Shown piece after piece: positions 8,770-17,488 of a stretch of DNA of 64,000 nucleotides. A program made the translations under genes and the position numbers. Position 1 is the first letter of the stretch; every line of letters starts with the position of its first letter. The stretch is from positions 18,357 through 82,356 of the forward strand of contig CAZORL010000004.1 of NCBI GenBank assembly GCA_964582375.1, given 5' to 3'. Source of the stretch: an uncultured Lachnospiraceae bacterium. Lineage in GTDB: Bacteria; Bacillota; Clostridia; Oscillospirales; CAG-272. Below the pieces are notes generated by a model. That model did no database searches. It worked only from the letters and a program-made list of their open reading frames with translations, and had not been told where the DNA came from.

Positions 8770-9270
8770 TCATTTGTCAAGTAGTTTTCCCAAAATTGCG
8801 AGCCTTGGATCGATTTCTTTTTTCGGACAACCGCAGTCGCCCTCGTTCAGATCGGCTCCGCACTTTGCGCACAGTCCGCGGCAATCCTCTTTGCAGAGAA
8901 AGACCATCGGAAAATCAAGCAGTACAGCCTCACGAACCCTGTCATCCGGATCGATCATGCCTTTTTCGATCAATAAATAATCGTCGGTATCTTCATCGTT
9001 CAAAGTGCCCTTTACCGCAAGAGGTCTTTCAAAGGAAAAATTGAATTTTCCGTCGATCTCGCGAAAACATCTCGCACAGTGCGTGGTGTAGGCTATCTCT
9101 GCCGCGGCGGTCAAACACATGTATCCCGCCATGTTTTTGATGTTACCTTCAAGATGCATACCGTCGGGGAAGCGGACATCGGGAAGCTCTTCGGGAGCCT
9201 TGGTGTCATACGAAAAATCGAGAGTGGTGGTATCTCCCTTGATAAGGGAGCGTATATCGATCTGCGTAAT
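8770..9270 (-). CDS. yceD: YceD/DUF177 family protein (23S rRNA accumulation protein), non-canonical start
   Basis: Cys cluster CKEDCRGLCAKCGADLNEGDCGC, and position upstream of rpmF. The ORF track starts at the ATG at 9159. The same frame stays open and protein-like (DITQIDIRSLIKGDTTTLDFSYD) up to the RBS GGAGGTGAT at 9271-9279, and the only candidate start there is ATT at 9270. Confidence 0.75.
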   Translation of the reverse strand: MTQIDIRSLIKGDTTTLDFSYDTKAPEELPDVRFPDGMHLEGNIKNMAGYMCLTAAAEIAYTTHCARCFREIDGKFNFSFERPLAVKGTLNDEDTDDYLLIEKGMIDPDDRVREAVLLDFPMVFLCKEDCRGLCAKCGADLNEGDCGCPKKEIDPRLAILGKLLDK

Positions 9271-9317
9271 ATCACCTCCGTCATGACATTGTCGTGAGCC
9301 ATAAAGCCACGCCTAAT

Positions 9318-9346
9318 ATTATATAGCAAAATTTGCGTTTTGTCAA
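9318..9346 (-). promoter_or_regulatory. Sigma-A type promoter of yceD-rpmF
   Basis: On the minus strand: TTGACA (9346-9341), 17 nt, TATAAT (9323-9318). Confidence 0.6.
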
Positions 9347-9392
9347 TAGAAAAGTGCAAAAAACATTTATTTTTTTGAAGAAAAAAGGTATA

Positions 9393-10124
9393 TCATACCG
9401 AAAGCTCACGTCGTAGTGCCTCAATTATCTTCTTTTCCTCTCTCGAGACTTTCACCTGCGTCAACCCGAGCTTGTCTCCCGTCTGCTGTTGGGACATGTT
9501 TTTGAAATATCTCATCTCGACGATCTGTCGCTGACGAGGTGTCAGCGTCGCTATCGCCTGCCTGAGTGCGATCGAGTCGGTCAGAGTCTCGATGGCATCG
9601 CTCTTGTCTCCGATAAGGCACTCAAGCGTCGCACCGTCCTCCGATCCGACCTTTTCGGAAAGTGAGCGTATCGGACTGATCGCCTCAAGTGCGATCGCCA
9701 CCTCTTGTGTGCTCATTTCGCAGAGCGACGCAAGCTCACCAAGCGTCGGGTCACGCCCGTGTGTTTTCGCAAATTCTTCCTTTTGTCGCATTATCGCACT
9801 GCCTGTCGATTTTAGCCCTCTGCTGACCTTGATTGCTCCGTCATCCCTTAAAAATCGCCTGATCTCGCCGATAATCAGCGGAACGGCATAGGTCGAAAAA
9901 AGGCATCCGAAGGAAAAATCGAAGGATCTCGCCGCCCTCATCAGCCCGATCGAGCCGATCTGCATCAGATCCTCAAATTCGCATCCTCGGTCGCAAAATC
10001 TTTTCGCGACCGTTCGTACAAGCCCCATGTTGTTTTCGATTATCATGTTCAGCGCGTCCTCGTCGCCGCTTGCCAAACGCTCAAGAAGTGCGATATTATC
10101 CTGCCCCGCGTTCTTTTCGCTCAT
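9393..10124 (-). CDS. sigF: Sporulation sigma factor SigF
   Basis: Sigma-70 regions 2 to 4 are present (DLMQIGSIGLMRAARSFD, YAVPLIIGEIRRFLRDD, QQQTGDKLGLTQVKVSREEKK). It is the third gene after spoIIAA and spoIIAB. Confidence 0.9.
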   Translation of the reverse strand: MSEKNAGQDNIALLERLASGDEDALNMIIENNMGLVRTVAKRFCDRGCEFEDLMQIGSIGLMRAARSFDFSFGCLFSTYAVPLIIGEIRRFLRDDGAIKVSRGLKSTGSAIMRQKEEFAKTHGRDPTLGELASLCEMSTQEVAIALEAISPIRSLSEKVGSEDGATLECLIGDKSDAIETLTDSIALRQAIATLTPRQRQIVEMRYFKNMSQQQTGDKLGLTQVKVSREEKKIIEALRRELSV

Positions 10125-10146
10125 GTATGATTCCTTTCATAAAAGG

Positions 10147-10587
10147 TTATGTACTGCCGAGAGCCTTTGTAAGCGTCACGAGCGTTCCTTTCCCGGGGTG
10201 GGAGATGACCGACAGCTTGTCCGAGAGCGACTTCATGATGGGAAATCCCATGCCGCCCCTCTCGCCGTCCGGATCTGTCGTGTAAAGCGGCTCCATACAA
10301 CGTTCGATGTTGTCGATACCGCACCCTCTGTCGCGGATCTTTATGCGAAGCGACCGATCGTCGTAGCACCTGAGTGCTATCTCGACAGTGCCGATCGGCA
10401 TGCCCTTGTAGGCGTGGACGATGCAGTTCGTCACCGCCTCCGAGACGATAACACGAAGATCGGACAGTTCCTCAAGCGTCGGGTCAAGCCCTGCGGCGAA
10501 TGCACATACGACCTGCCTTGCAAAGCATTCATTCTCGGAAATGGCAATAAACTCGAGTTTCATTTGATTTGTGACTGTTTTTTTCAT
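10147..10587 (-). CDS. spoIIAB: Anti-sigma F factor / serine kinase SpoIIAB
   Basis: HATPase_c motifs EAVTNCIVHAY, RDRGCGI and GGMGF. The ATG at 10587 (MKKTVTNQMKLEF) is taken as the start. The longer ORF-track start overlaps spoIIAA. Confidence 0.9.
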   Translation of the reverse strand: MKKTVTNQMKLEFIAISENECFARQVVCAFAAGLDPTLEELSDLRVIVSEAVTNCIVHAYKGMPIGTVEIALRCYDDRSLRIKIRDRGCGIDNIERCMEPLYTTDPDGERGGMGFPIMKSLSDKLSVISHPGKGTLVTLTKALGST

Positions 10588-10613
10588 TTCTGTAGCTCCT
10601 TTGCTGTGTTTTG

Positions 10614-10949
10614 TCAGACCTTGCTGTTTGTCGCTCGAACGATCTCGATTATTCCGCCGATCCCCGCAAGGCGCAGGATCTTCTCGGTCTGTTCGGTGGG
10701 ATTTGACAGGATAAGCTTGCCGCCAAGCTCCCTTACGCGTGTGAGACGTCCGAGTATCAGCCCAAGCCCCGACGAATCCATAAAGCTCACGCCACCAAGC
10801 TCCATGATCGTCTCCTTCGGACGGCAATAAAATATCGCCGTGTCTATCTGTTCCCTGATGTACTTCGCACTGTGATGATCGATGTCTCCTTCTATTGTGA
10901 CGACCATCCTTTTGCCGTCGCTTTCACATTTTACACCGGCTATTTCCAT
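10614..10949 (-). CDS. spoIIAA: Anti-sigma F factor antagonist SpoIIAA (STAS domain)
   Basis: STAS motif with the phosphorylatable Ser (FMDSSGLGLILG). The ATG at 10949 (MEIAGVK) follows AAAGGAAGAG. Confidence 0.9.
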   Translation of the reverse strand: MEIAGVKCESDGKRMVVTIEGDIDHHSAKYIREQIDTAIFYCRPKETIMELGGVSFMDSSGLGLILGRLTRVRELGGKLILSNPTEQTEKILRLAGIGGIIEIVRATNSKV

Positions 10950-11089
10950 TTTGATCTCTTCCTTTCGACTTTGTTTCTTTATTTTTTGCTGAGTGGATAT
11001 CCTTGCCCGATCGATCGGACTTTTTCGAAAAAATAATAGCATGCATCTTTTGCAAAATCTGTCAAAAGCCGACGATACCGAAAATTTTT

Positions 11090-11129
11090 CAAAAAAACAG
11101 CCTCCATCGCTTTTGCCGATGGAGGCTGT
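11090..11129 (-). terminator. Terminator of the LtaS-like gene
   Basis: 13-bp stem ACAGCCTCCATCG/CGATGGAGGCTGT, followed on the minus strand by TTTTTTT. Confidence 0.8.
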
Positions 11130-11148
11130 GAATGTTGGGTGTTGAGTT

Positions 11149-13422
11149 TTATTCGTCCTGCTCTTTTTTGCCGGTTATTGGTGCGGTGACGGGAGCGGGG
11201 ATGTCGCTTGTCGTATTTGTTGTCGTTGACGTGATGGACGGTGCGGGCACATCTCCTTTGACGAACCAGTGGGTCAGCTTGTTTTCATTGCTGTCAAAGA
11301 GTGCATTGTATTGCAGGTATTTGTACAGCCGCAACAGGCTCGAGTCCTCTGCGGAATAGTCGGAAAAACTGTAGAAGTTTCCGCTTGTGTCCCAATAGCC
11401 TGCCGCACTGATTGCGGGATATTCCTCTCTGACCATCGAAATAAAGCTTAGATACTCGGTCTTTTCGATGCCTGCAATGTCAAGTGCTTTGCCCGAAAGG
11501 TAGTTGAGAGATGTGATCTCGCTATCATCGCTCTCAAAGTCGAAATTCGCCCAAATGAGATAGGGGACGGCGTACTTCGCCTGATTGAGCCTTGCATCGC
11601 TGTCATCATCGATGCCGAAGAAGTTCGAGTAAAAGCTTGCCGACAGGGAGGGCTGATGGTCTCCGAAAAATACGATCACTGTCTCCTCATCAGCATTTGT
11701 GAAATATTCGATCAGCTCGCGAAGTGCTTCGTCGGTCTTGTTGATCGATGACAGATATTCCTGCGTGCCCTTGTATTTCGTGTAATTTTGCAGATGGATG
11801 GTCGGCTCAAACCCTTCGGTGGAAAATCCGCCGTGATTCATCATGGTAACGGCAAAGGTGAAAAGGGGAGTGCCCTTGTCCTTTGACTCGTACATGTCGA
11901 TGATCTTGTCAAATACCGCCGCATCGCTTACATGTCCGCGATAGTAATCCTTGTCAGTAAGTCCGGTGAAATCGTCCTCGAAAAGGATCTCGTTAAATCC
12001 GTAGTATGAGTAGATCTTGTCTCTCGACCAGTTTGTCGGTGCTTCCGGATGCATTCCGACCGTCAAATATCCTTCTTTGTTCAACAGATCGACGATCGAG
12101 AAGGAATTGTTTTTGTTCAAATAGAGGTTATACGCGACCGTGTTCGCAGGAAGGAATGCAAGCGAGTGACCGGTCAAAAACTCAAGCTCCGAGTTTGCGG
12201 TGTTTCCGCCGAATACGGAGGATGTCGCCCATCCCTTTTCGACATTCGGCATGGTCGAGGAAAGCGAGTTGAAGAAGGGAAGCACATTTTCAACGGTCAG
12301 CAGATTGTCCTTTGCCTTGCCCTTGTTGTAAAGATATTCGGATACCGCCTGAAGATCCGAGAAGGTCTCGTCCATGATGACGATGATGTTCGGATTTTGC
12401 TTATCGTCCGATGTGTCGGGCGTCGTTGACGGAGCGGTCGGTGCGCCTGTCACGGGCGGTGTTATTTCATCGGTGCTTGGAGGATCGATCGGCGTCACGC
12501 CTGTTTGCGGCGGCGTGACGTCTACTCCGTAAAGCTCTTTAAGAAGTCTTATCAGCTCATCGCGCGAGTAATTCTCGGGAACCTTGACCTTTGTCGCAGC
12601 AGCTGTGTGAATGAAGTTGACATAAAATCCGTTGTATTCGGATGCACGAAATTTCCAATACTTGTCCTTAAAATCGATGGCGTCACTGCCGTGATCGGAT
12701 GAGATAACCAAGCAGGGAACTACTATCGTGACGGCAGCGAGCACGCTTGATATGATCCGAATATAGCGAATACGGAATATCGGCAGCTTTGTGCGAATGA
12801 TAAGTATCGCAAATGGAATAGAAAACAGCAGACCGCCGAGCGTCATCGGCGAGAGCGTGAATTTGTAAGATCCCGCAACACTAAGCCCGGTGAGAACCGA
12901 GAAAATGTCGTTGTATCCGATCTCCATCTGCCTTGTTTGTACGACAAAATGGTCGATGATACCGAGCGTCTCCGAGAAGATCAGTACTGACAGTATCGAT
13001 GCGTTGACCCTCGAACTTGCCGCAAAAACAAGAAGCTCCATGCCGAAAATGATGATCACGTTCAGCATGAATTTCGCAAAATTCATGTATTTCCCGAATC
13101 CCGCACCGATCGTGAACTGCATCAAGATGAATATCAAAAATGCCGAGGCGAAAAGTATCGGAAGCGAGAGGAGAGGGTGTGTCTTTTGCGTTGGTTGAAT
13201 TTTTATAAGAAGTGTTGCCGCCATGAGCAGGGCAGAGCCGAGAATGACGAATATGTTGGCGTGCAGAATTGCCGCAATTATTGAGGTCACGACGATCGAA
13301 CCGATTATCCACGGATAGGTTCGCAGGTTCGTCTGAAGCGATATCTTCAAGACGGAACACCTTGGTAACTTTATCTTCATGACTGAGTCTTTTATCTTCG
13401 TGACAGAGTCCCTTATTTTCAT
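11149..13422 (-). CDS. LTA synthase family (sulfatase-fold) polytopic membrane transferase
   Basis: Multiple N-terminal TM helices, then a Pro/Thr linker, then LtaS-type motifs NIIVIMDETFSD, GGNTANSELEFLTGHS and VIVFFGDHQP. The start is placed at the first ATG after the promoter (13422), and the ATG at 13380 is also possible. Confidence 0.8.
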   Translation of the reverse strand: MKIRDSVTKIKDSVMKIKLPRCSVLKISLQTNLRTYPWIIGSIVVTSIIAAILHANIFVILGSALLMAATLLIKIQPTQKTHPLLSLPILFASAFLIFILMQFTIGAGFGKYMNFAKFMLNVIIIFGMELLVFAASSRVNASILSVLIFSETLGIIDHFVVQTRQMEIGYNDIFSVLTGLSVAGSYKFTLSPMTLGGLLFSIPFAILIIRTKLPIFRIRYIRIISSVLAAVTIVVPCLVISSDHGSDAIDFKDKYWKFRASEYNGFYVNFIHTAAATKVKVPENYSRDELIRLLKELYGVDVTPPQTGVTPIDPPSTDEITPPVTGAPTAPSTTPDTSDDKQNPNIIVIMDETFSDLQAVSEYLYNKGKAKDNLLTVENVLPFFNSLSSTMPNVEKGWATSSVFGGNTANSELEFLTGHSLAFLPANTVAYNLYLNKNNSFSIVDLLNKEGYLTVGMHPEAPTNWSRDKIYSYYGFNEILFEDDFTGLTDKDYYRGHVSDAAVFDKIIDMYESKDKGTPLFTFAVTMMNHGGFSTEGFEPTIHLQNYTKYKGTQEYLSSINKTDEALRELIEYFTNADEETVIVFFGDHQPSLSASFYSNFFGIDDDSDARLNQAKYAVPYLIWANFDFESDDSEITSLNYLSGKALDIAGIEKTEYLSFISMVREEYPAISAAGYWDTSGNFYSFSDYSAEDSSLLRLYKYLQYNALFDSNENKLTHWFVKGDVPAPSITSTTTNTTSDIPAPVTAPITGKKEQDE

Positions 13423-13433
13423 GACAGAGTCCT
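13341..13433 (-). repeat. 21-bp tandem repeat (3 good copies and 1 degenerate) spanning the RBS and start region of the LtaS-like gene
   Basis: Minus-strand units are AGGACTCTGTCATGAAAATAA, GGGACTCTGTCACGAAGATAA and AAGACTCAGTCATGAAGATAA. A degenerate GGTGTTCCGTCTTGAAGATAT follows after a 9-nt gap. Confidence 0.85.
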
Positions 13434-13556
13434 TTCGTAATAACGGTAAAAAAGTACAACTTGCGTATGGTTGGATGTTGTTTTTTCTTTTATTTTTGTA
13501 TATTTTTATTGTAAACTCCCGAGTATCGGGACGAAATTTTTCAGACAACGAATGCT

Positions 13557-13585
13557 ATTATACACCAGATATGAAGCTTTGTCAA
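13557..13585 (-). promoter_or_regulatory. Sigma-A type promoter of the LtaS-like gene
   Basis: On the minus strand: TTGACA (13585-13580), 17 nt, TATAAT (13562-13557). Confidence 0.6.
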
Positions 13586-13680
13586 CCTTTTTTTGGGTAC
13601 AACTTGTGAACATGGTGCAAACTTTCCTGCACGATCGGCATTTTTCTCAACGGTTTCGACCTGTTTTTTTGAAAAAACTA

Positions 13681-13709
13681 TTGACAATCGGACAACTTCG
13701 TGTTATAAT
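13681..13709 (+). promoter_or_regulatory. Sigma-A type promoter of the valS T-box leader
   Basis: TTGACA (13681-13686), 17 nt, TATAAT (13704-13709). Confidence 0.7.
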
Positions 13710-13715
13710 AAAACA

Positions 13716-14007
13716 AATTGAATACCGTTTGAAAATGCTTCGACGGGGAGCAGTAAGACGAAACGCGTCCCACAGAGAGTGCCGCAGAGCTGAGAGCGGC
13801 ATGGAAGGTGCGCCGCCCGAAGTCGCCCCCGAGCATCGGTCGTGAAGATCTCTTAGCCTCCGACGGGACTGCCCGTTACAGCAGTGACCGTACCGTGATA
13901 TCGTGATATATTGTCGGTGCGGCGTAAAGTGCCTGCTTTTGCGGGAATACGGGTGGTACCGCGTCTTTTCGGCGTCCTGTGGATCTTTTGATCTGCGGGC
14001 GTTTTTT
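13716..14007 (+). promoter_or_regulatory. T-box riboswitch leader, valine specifier (GUC)
   Basis: Stem I elements AGAGAG (AG bay) and GCTGAGAG (distal loop). Specifier-loop context CGAA-GTC-G at 13822-13824. Conserved T-box GGGTGGTACCGCG at 13951-13963. Terminator hairpin at 13973-14001 followed by TTTTTT. Confidence 0.85.
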
Positions 14008-14074
14008 ATTTTGCCACCAAACGGTGATTTTAATCCGCCAAAAACCGATATATTATGAAAGGAAGATTTCGATA

Positions 14075-16690
14075 ATGAAAGAACTCGAAAAACAATATTC
14101 TCCAAAAGATATCGAGGACAGACTCTATGCCTTTTGGAATGATAAGGGCTATTTTACCCCCGATCTGAATGACGGCAAACCGCCGTTTTCGATCGTAATT
14201 CCGCCCCCCAACGTCACGGGCAAGCTCCATATGGGACATGCGCTTGATGAAACGCTTCAGGATATCCTTGCACGCTTCAAGCGTATGCAGGGCTATTCCA
14301 CGCTCTGGTTGCCGGGGACCGACCACGCAGGTATCGCAACGCAGATCAAGGTCGAGGAATCGCTTCGAACAAACGAGGGGCTTACCCGCTACGACCTCGG
14401 TCGCGAGAAATTTCTTGAGCGCGTTTGGGATTGGAAAGAGCAGTACGGCGGAAATATCATCCGTCAGCTCAAAAAGCTCGGCTCATCCTGCGATTGGTCG
14501 CGCCTGCGCTTTACCATGGACGAGGGCTGTTGCAGAGCCGTTCGCGAAGTGTTCGTCAATCTCTATGACAAAGGGCTCATCTATCGCGGTAACAGGATCA
14601 TAAACTGGTGTCCGCACTGCCGCACTGCACTTTCGGACGCGGAGGTCGAGTACGAGGAACAGCCGGGACATTTCTGGCATATCAAATATCCGCTCTCGGA
14701 CGGCAGCGGCTATGTTGAGATCGCAACCACACGTCCCGAGACCCTGCTCGGCGACACAGCGGTTGCCGTTCATCCCGATGATGAAAGATATAAGTCGATC
14801 GTCGGTAAAACGCTTATCCTTCCGCTTGTCGGCAGAGAAATACCGGTTATCGCCGACGAATATGTTGAGAAAGATTTCGGTACGGGATGTGTGAAGATCA
14901 CCCCCGCACATGACCCCAACGACTTCCTTGTCGGTCAGCGTCACTCACTTGCGCAGATCAAGATTCTTGACGATGACGCAAAGATCAATCTTGTCGGATC
15001 GAAATATCACGGCATGGATCGCTATGAGGCGAGAGCCGCCATGGTTGCCGATCTTGAGGAGGCGGGACTTCTTGTCAAGGTCGAGCCGCATGTCCATAAT
15101 GTCGGAACGTGCTATCGTTGCCACGGCACGGTCGAGCCGATCACATCCGATCAATGGTTTGTTAAAATGGCACCGCTTGCCGAGCCTGCAATCGAGGTCG
15201 TAAAGAGCGGTGAGATCAAATTCGAGCCTGATCGCTTTGCCAATAACTACTATCGCTGGATGGAGAATGTCCACGATTGGTGCATATCCCGTCAGCTTTG
15301 GTGGGGACACCGCATCCCCGCATTCTACTGCGATGATTGCGGCGAAATGATCGTTTCGAAAGAGGATGTCACGATCTGCCCGAAGTGCGGCGGTAAGATG
15401 CGTCAGGAGGATGACGTTCTCGATACATGGTTCTCGTCGGCTCTGTGGCCCTTCTCGACCATGGGCTGGCCCGATGAGACCGAGACGCTCAAAAAATATT
15501 ATCCCACATCCGTACTCGTTACCGGCTATGATATCATATCATTCTGGGTATCGAGAATGATCTTCTCGGGTCTCGAGCATACGGGCAAAAAGCCCTTCTC
15601 CAATGTCTTTATCCACGGACTTGTCCGCGATGCGCAGGGACGTAAGATGTCCAAATCGCTCGGTAACGGAATTGATCCGCTCGAGATAATCGATCAGTAC
15701 GGTGCCGATGCTCTGAGATTTGCCCTTGCGACAGGTAACGCACCCGGCAACGACATGCGTTTCTCGGACGAAAAGATCGAGGCGGCAAGAAACTTCAATA
15801 ACAAACTTTGGAACGCCGCAAGATTTATCTTAATGAACCTTACGATCGAAAAAGCCGAGCTTCCTCCCGTTGAAAAACTCGAGACCGAGGACAGATGGCT
15901 GCTTTCCAAGTATAACAAACTCGTCGGTGAGGTCACCGCAAATCTTGAAAGCTATGAGCTTGGCGTCGCTCTTGCAAAGCTTTACGATTTTGCCTGGGAT
16001 GTTTTCTGCGATTGGTATATCGAGCTTGTTAAGCCCCGCCTCTCGTCGGGGGATGAGGGTGCACAGCAGGTGCTCGTTTATGTCATGACCGGTATTTTGA
16101 AGATGCTCCATCCTTTTATCCCCTTCATTACCGAGGAAATTTGGCAGTCTCTGCCGCATGACGGCGAGTCGATCATGGTGTCAAGCTGGCCGATCGCCGA
16201 TCCTCTGCACAGCTTTGCCGAGGACGAGGGTCGCATGGAGGCGATCATAGAGGCGATCCGTGCCATTCGTAACCGCAGGCAGGAGATGAATGTTCCTCCC
16301 TCCAAAAAAGCCGCACTGACCGTCGTTACCGACCGCACCGACGCCTTTAACGAAAAGAGCGAGCGTTTCTTTGTAAAGCTTGCATCGGCGTCCTCAATGA
16401 AGACCGTCAGATCGCATGCCGATGACGGTGCGATACAGATCGTCACCTCGACCGCGACAATTTTTATTCCGCTTGCCGATATTGTCGATCTTGCAAAAGA
16501 AAGAGCACGTCTTGAGGCTGAGCTTAAGAAAAATCTGTCCGAGATCGATCGTCTTACCAAAAAGCTCGACAATCCCGGATTTGTCGCCAAAGCTCCCGAA
16601 AATGTCATCGCCGGCGAGCGTGCAAAGCTTGCAAAATATACCGAGACCGCCGAAAAGGTCAAGGCGGCACTTGCAAAGCTTCCTAACTAA
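14075..16690 (+). CDS. valS: Valyl-tRNA synthetase
   Basis: HIGH-type motif [18 protein letters not shown] motif, and a C-terminal coiled coil. The ATG at 14075 follows GAAAGGAAG. The longer ORF-track start overlaps the T-box terminator. Confidence 0.97.
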   Translation: MKELEKQYSPKDIEDRLYAFWNDKGYFTPDLNDGKPPFSIVIPPPNVTGKLHMGHALDETLQDILARFKRMQGYSTLWLPGTDHAGIATQIKVEESLRTNEGLTRYDLGREKFLERVWDWKEQYGGNIIRQLKKLGSSCDWSRLRFTMDEGCCRAVREVFVNLYDKGLIYRGNRIINWCPHCRTALSDAEVEYEEQPGHFWHIKYPLSDGSGYVEIATTRPETLLGDTAVAVHPDDERYKSIVGKTLILPLVGREIPVIADEYVEKDFGTGCVKITPAHDPNDFLVGQRHSLAQIKILDDDAKINLVGSKYHGMDRYEARAAMVADLEEAGLLVKVEPHVHNVGTCYRCHGTVEPITSDQWFVKMAPLAEPAIEVVKSGEIKFEPDRFANNYYRWMENVHDWCISRQLWWGHRIPAFYCDDCGEMIVSKEDVTICPKCGGKMRQEDDVLDTWFSSALWPFSTMGWPDETETLKKYYPTSVLVTGYDIISFWVSRMIFSGLEHTGKKPFSNVFIHGLVRDAQGRKMSKSLGNGIDPLEIIDQYGADALRFALATGNAPGNDMRFSDEKIEAARNFNNKLWNAARFILMNLTIEKAELPPVEKLETEDRWLLSKYNKLVGEVTANLESYELGVALAKLYDFAWDVFCDWYIELVKPRLSSGDEGAQQVLVYVMTGILKMLHPFIPFITEEIWQSLPHDGESIMVSSWPIADPLHSFAEDEGRMEAIIEAIRAIRNRRQEMNVPPSKKAALTVVTDRTDAFNEKSERFFVKLASASSMKTVRSHADDGAIQIVTSTATIFIPLADIVDLAKERARLEAELKKNLSEIDRLTKKLDNPGFVAKAPENVIAGERAKLAKYTETAEKVKAALAKLPN

Positions 16691-16736
16691 ATATTGCAAA
16701 AACAGCCGCAATTACACAAAACACGAAAATATAAGG

Positions 16737-16773
16737 TCGATCCCTTATGCATATGCAAGGGATCGATCTTTTG
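16737..16773 (+). terminator. valS terminator
   Basis: Stem TCGATCCCTT/AAGGGATCGA followed by TCTTTTG. Confidence 0.75.
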
Positions 16774-16780
16774 ATATGAA

Positions 16781-16814
16781 AAATAAAACCTCTCATGCAT
16801 CTCTGCATGAGAGG
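16781..16814 (-). terminator. tRNA-Lys terminator
   Basis: Stem CCTCTCATGCA/TGCATGAGAGG, followed on the minus strand by TTTTATTT. It abuts the tRNA 3' end. Confidence 0.75.
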
Positions 16815-16815
16815 T

Positions 16816-16891
16816 TGGTGCACCCTCGGGGACTCGAACCCCGGACCCACTGATTAAGAGTCAGTTGCTCTACCAACTGAGCTAAGGGTGC
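16816..16891 (-). tRNA. tRNA-Lys (anticodon CUU), CCA encoded
   Basis: The minus-strand sequence GCACCCTTAGCTCAGTTGGTAGAGCAACTGACTCTTAATCAGTGGGTCCGGGGTTCGAGTCCCCGAGGGTGCACCA folds as a cloverleaf. The anticodon loop is CTCTTAA, with the CTT anticodon at 16858-16856. Confidence 0.93.
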
Positions 16892-16929
16892 GTTTTTTCG
16901 TTTTCCGTGTTTGCCGCGGAACGTGTATT

Positions 16930-16957
16930 ATTATACCACATTTTTTTATTTTGTCAA
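16930..16957 (-). promoter_or_regulatory. Promoter of tRNA-Lys (copy A of a duplicated promoter cassette)
   Basis: On the minus strand: TTGACA (16957-16952), 16 nt, TATAAT (16935-16930), preceded by an A/T-rich UP-like tract. Confidence 0.65.
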
Positions 16958-17003
16958 GGGGTTTTTGAAAAAAAGTTTGATTTTTTTGAAAAAAGTTTCG
17001 AGA

Positions 17004-17039
17004 CTGTCTCAAATGCCCCGATAAGAGCATTTGAGACAG
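17004..17039 (-). terminator. Hairpin terminator downstream of the small ORF at 17.1-17.4 kb
   Basis: 13-bp stem CTGTCTCAAATGC/GCATTTGAGACAG, then on the minus strand TCTCGAAACTTTTTT. Confidence 0.5.
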
Positions 17040-17128
17040 CTTGAATACAACCACATGGTCACTTGTCCGTTTACATAGTGCCGATAATTGCCGTCATCCG
17101 CAGGCTTTGCCTCACAGTAAAAGCAGGG

Positions 17129-17419
17129 CTAATCGTCGATAATTTCGGTGTTGACTACCGATGTTGCGGTGTCATCAAAGCCTGCGATCGTGTAATCGGT
17201 CATCGGGGATGATCAAATAAGCAGATCGACATTGTCAACATTTGACTTCACCGCATATTTTATACGAATGTTGTCCGCAAATGAGAGATTGCAGTATTTT
17301 ATCTCCGGCTCGGGATCATTTGGTCGTGCGCCGGATATGAGCGCAAAACAGACAGTCAGTGTTGCCGCCGGCATGATCGCCGCCGGCAGAATTAGTGAAC
17401 GTTTTTTTATGATCTTCAC
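17129..17419 (-). pseudogene. Small secreted-protein gene interrupted by an in-frame TGA (either a 68-aa product or a nonsense pseudogene)
   Basis: It has its own promoter, an AGGAGG RBS (17437-17432) and a GTG at 17419. The signal-like N-terminus is KIIKKRSLILPAAIMPAATLTVCFALISG. The frame stops at the TGA at 17215-17213 and continues in the same frame for 27 more codons to the TAG at 17131-17129. Confidence 0.35.
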
Positions 17420-17450
17420 GATCTTTGTTTGCCTCCTTGAGGTTAAGATA

Positions 17451-17479
17451 ATTATACCACTTTCGGTCTGATTTGTCAA
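17451..17479 (-). promoter_or_regulatory. Sigma-A type promoter of the small ORF
   Basis: On the minus strand: TTGACA (17479-17474), 17 nt, TATAAT (17456-17451), with TGG directly upstream of the -10 (extended -10). Confidence 0.6.
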
Positions 17480-17488
17480 CAGTTGTCG

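Noticed and set aside
9111-9359. An 82-aa minus-strand ORF overlapping the yceD 5' region.
   Set aside because: Its ATG at 9359 lies upstream of the yceD promoter (-35 at 9346-9341). It is out of frame with the YceD-like sequence and has no RBS.
10027-10830. A 267-aa plus-strand ORF across the sigF start, spoIIAB and the spoIIAA end.
   Set aside because: It is a codon-aligned shadow of spoIIAB. The minus-strand genes carry unmistakable SpoIIAA/AB/SigF motifs.
13423-13548. The ORF-track N-terminal extension of the LtaS-like gene, starting at a TTG at 13548.
   Set aside because: The consensus promoter (-10 at 13562-13557) puts the transcription start within a few bases of 13548. That start would have to be leaderless with TTG. 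The first RBS-preceded ATG is at 13422.
13979-14074. The ORF-track N-terminal extension of valS ([14 protein letters not shown]...).
   Set aside because: It would start inside the T-box terminator hairpin and T-tract. The ATG at 14075 has an RBS and gives the canonical ValRS N-terminus.
17213-17215. The in-frame TGA read as selenocysteine or another recoding event.
   Set aside because: I see no convincing SECIS-like hairpin directly downstream, only a 4-bp CGAT/ATCG pairing. TGA clearly terminates other genes in the window. The context is a poorly conserved orphan ORF, so a nonsense mutation or a natural stop is more parsimonious.
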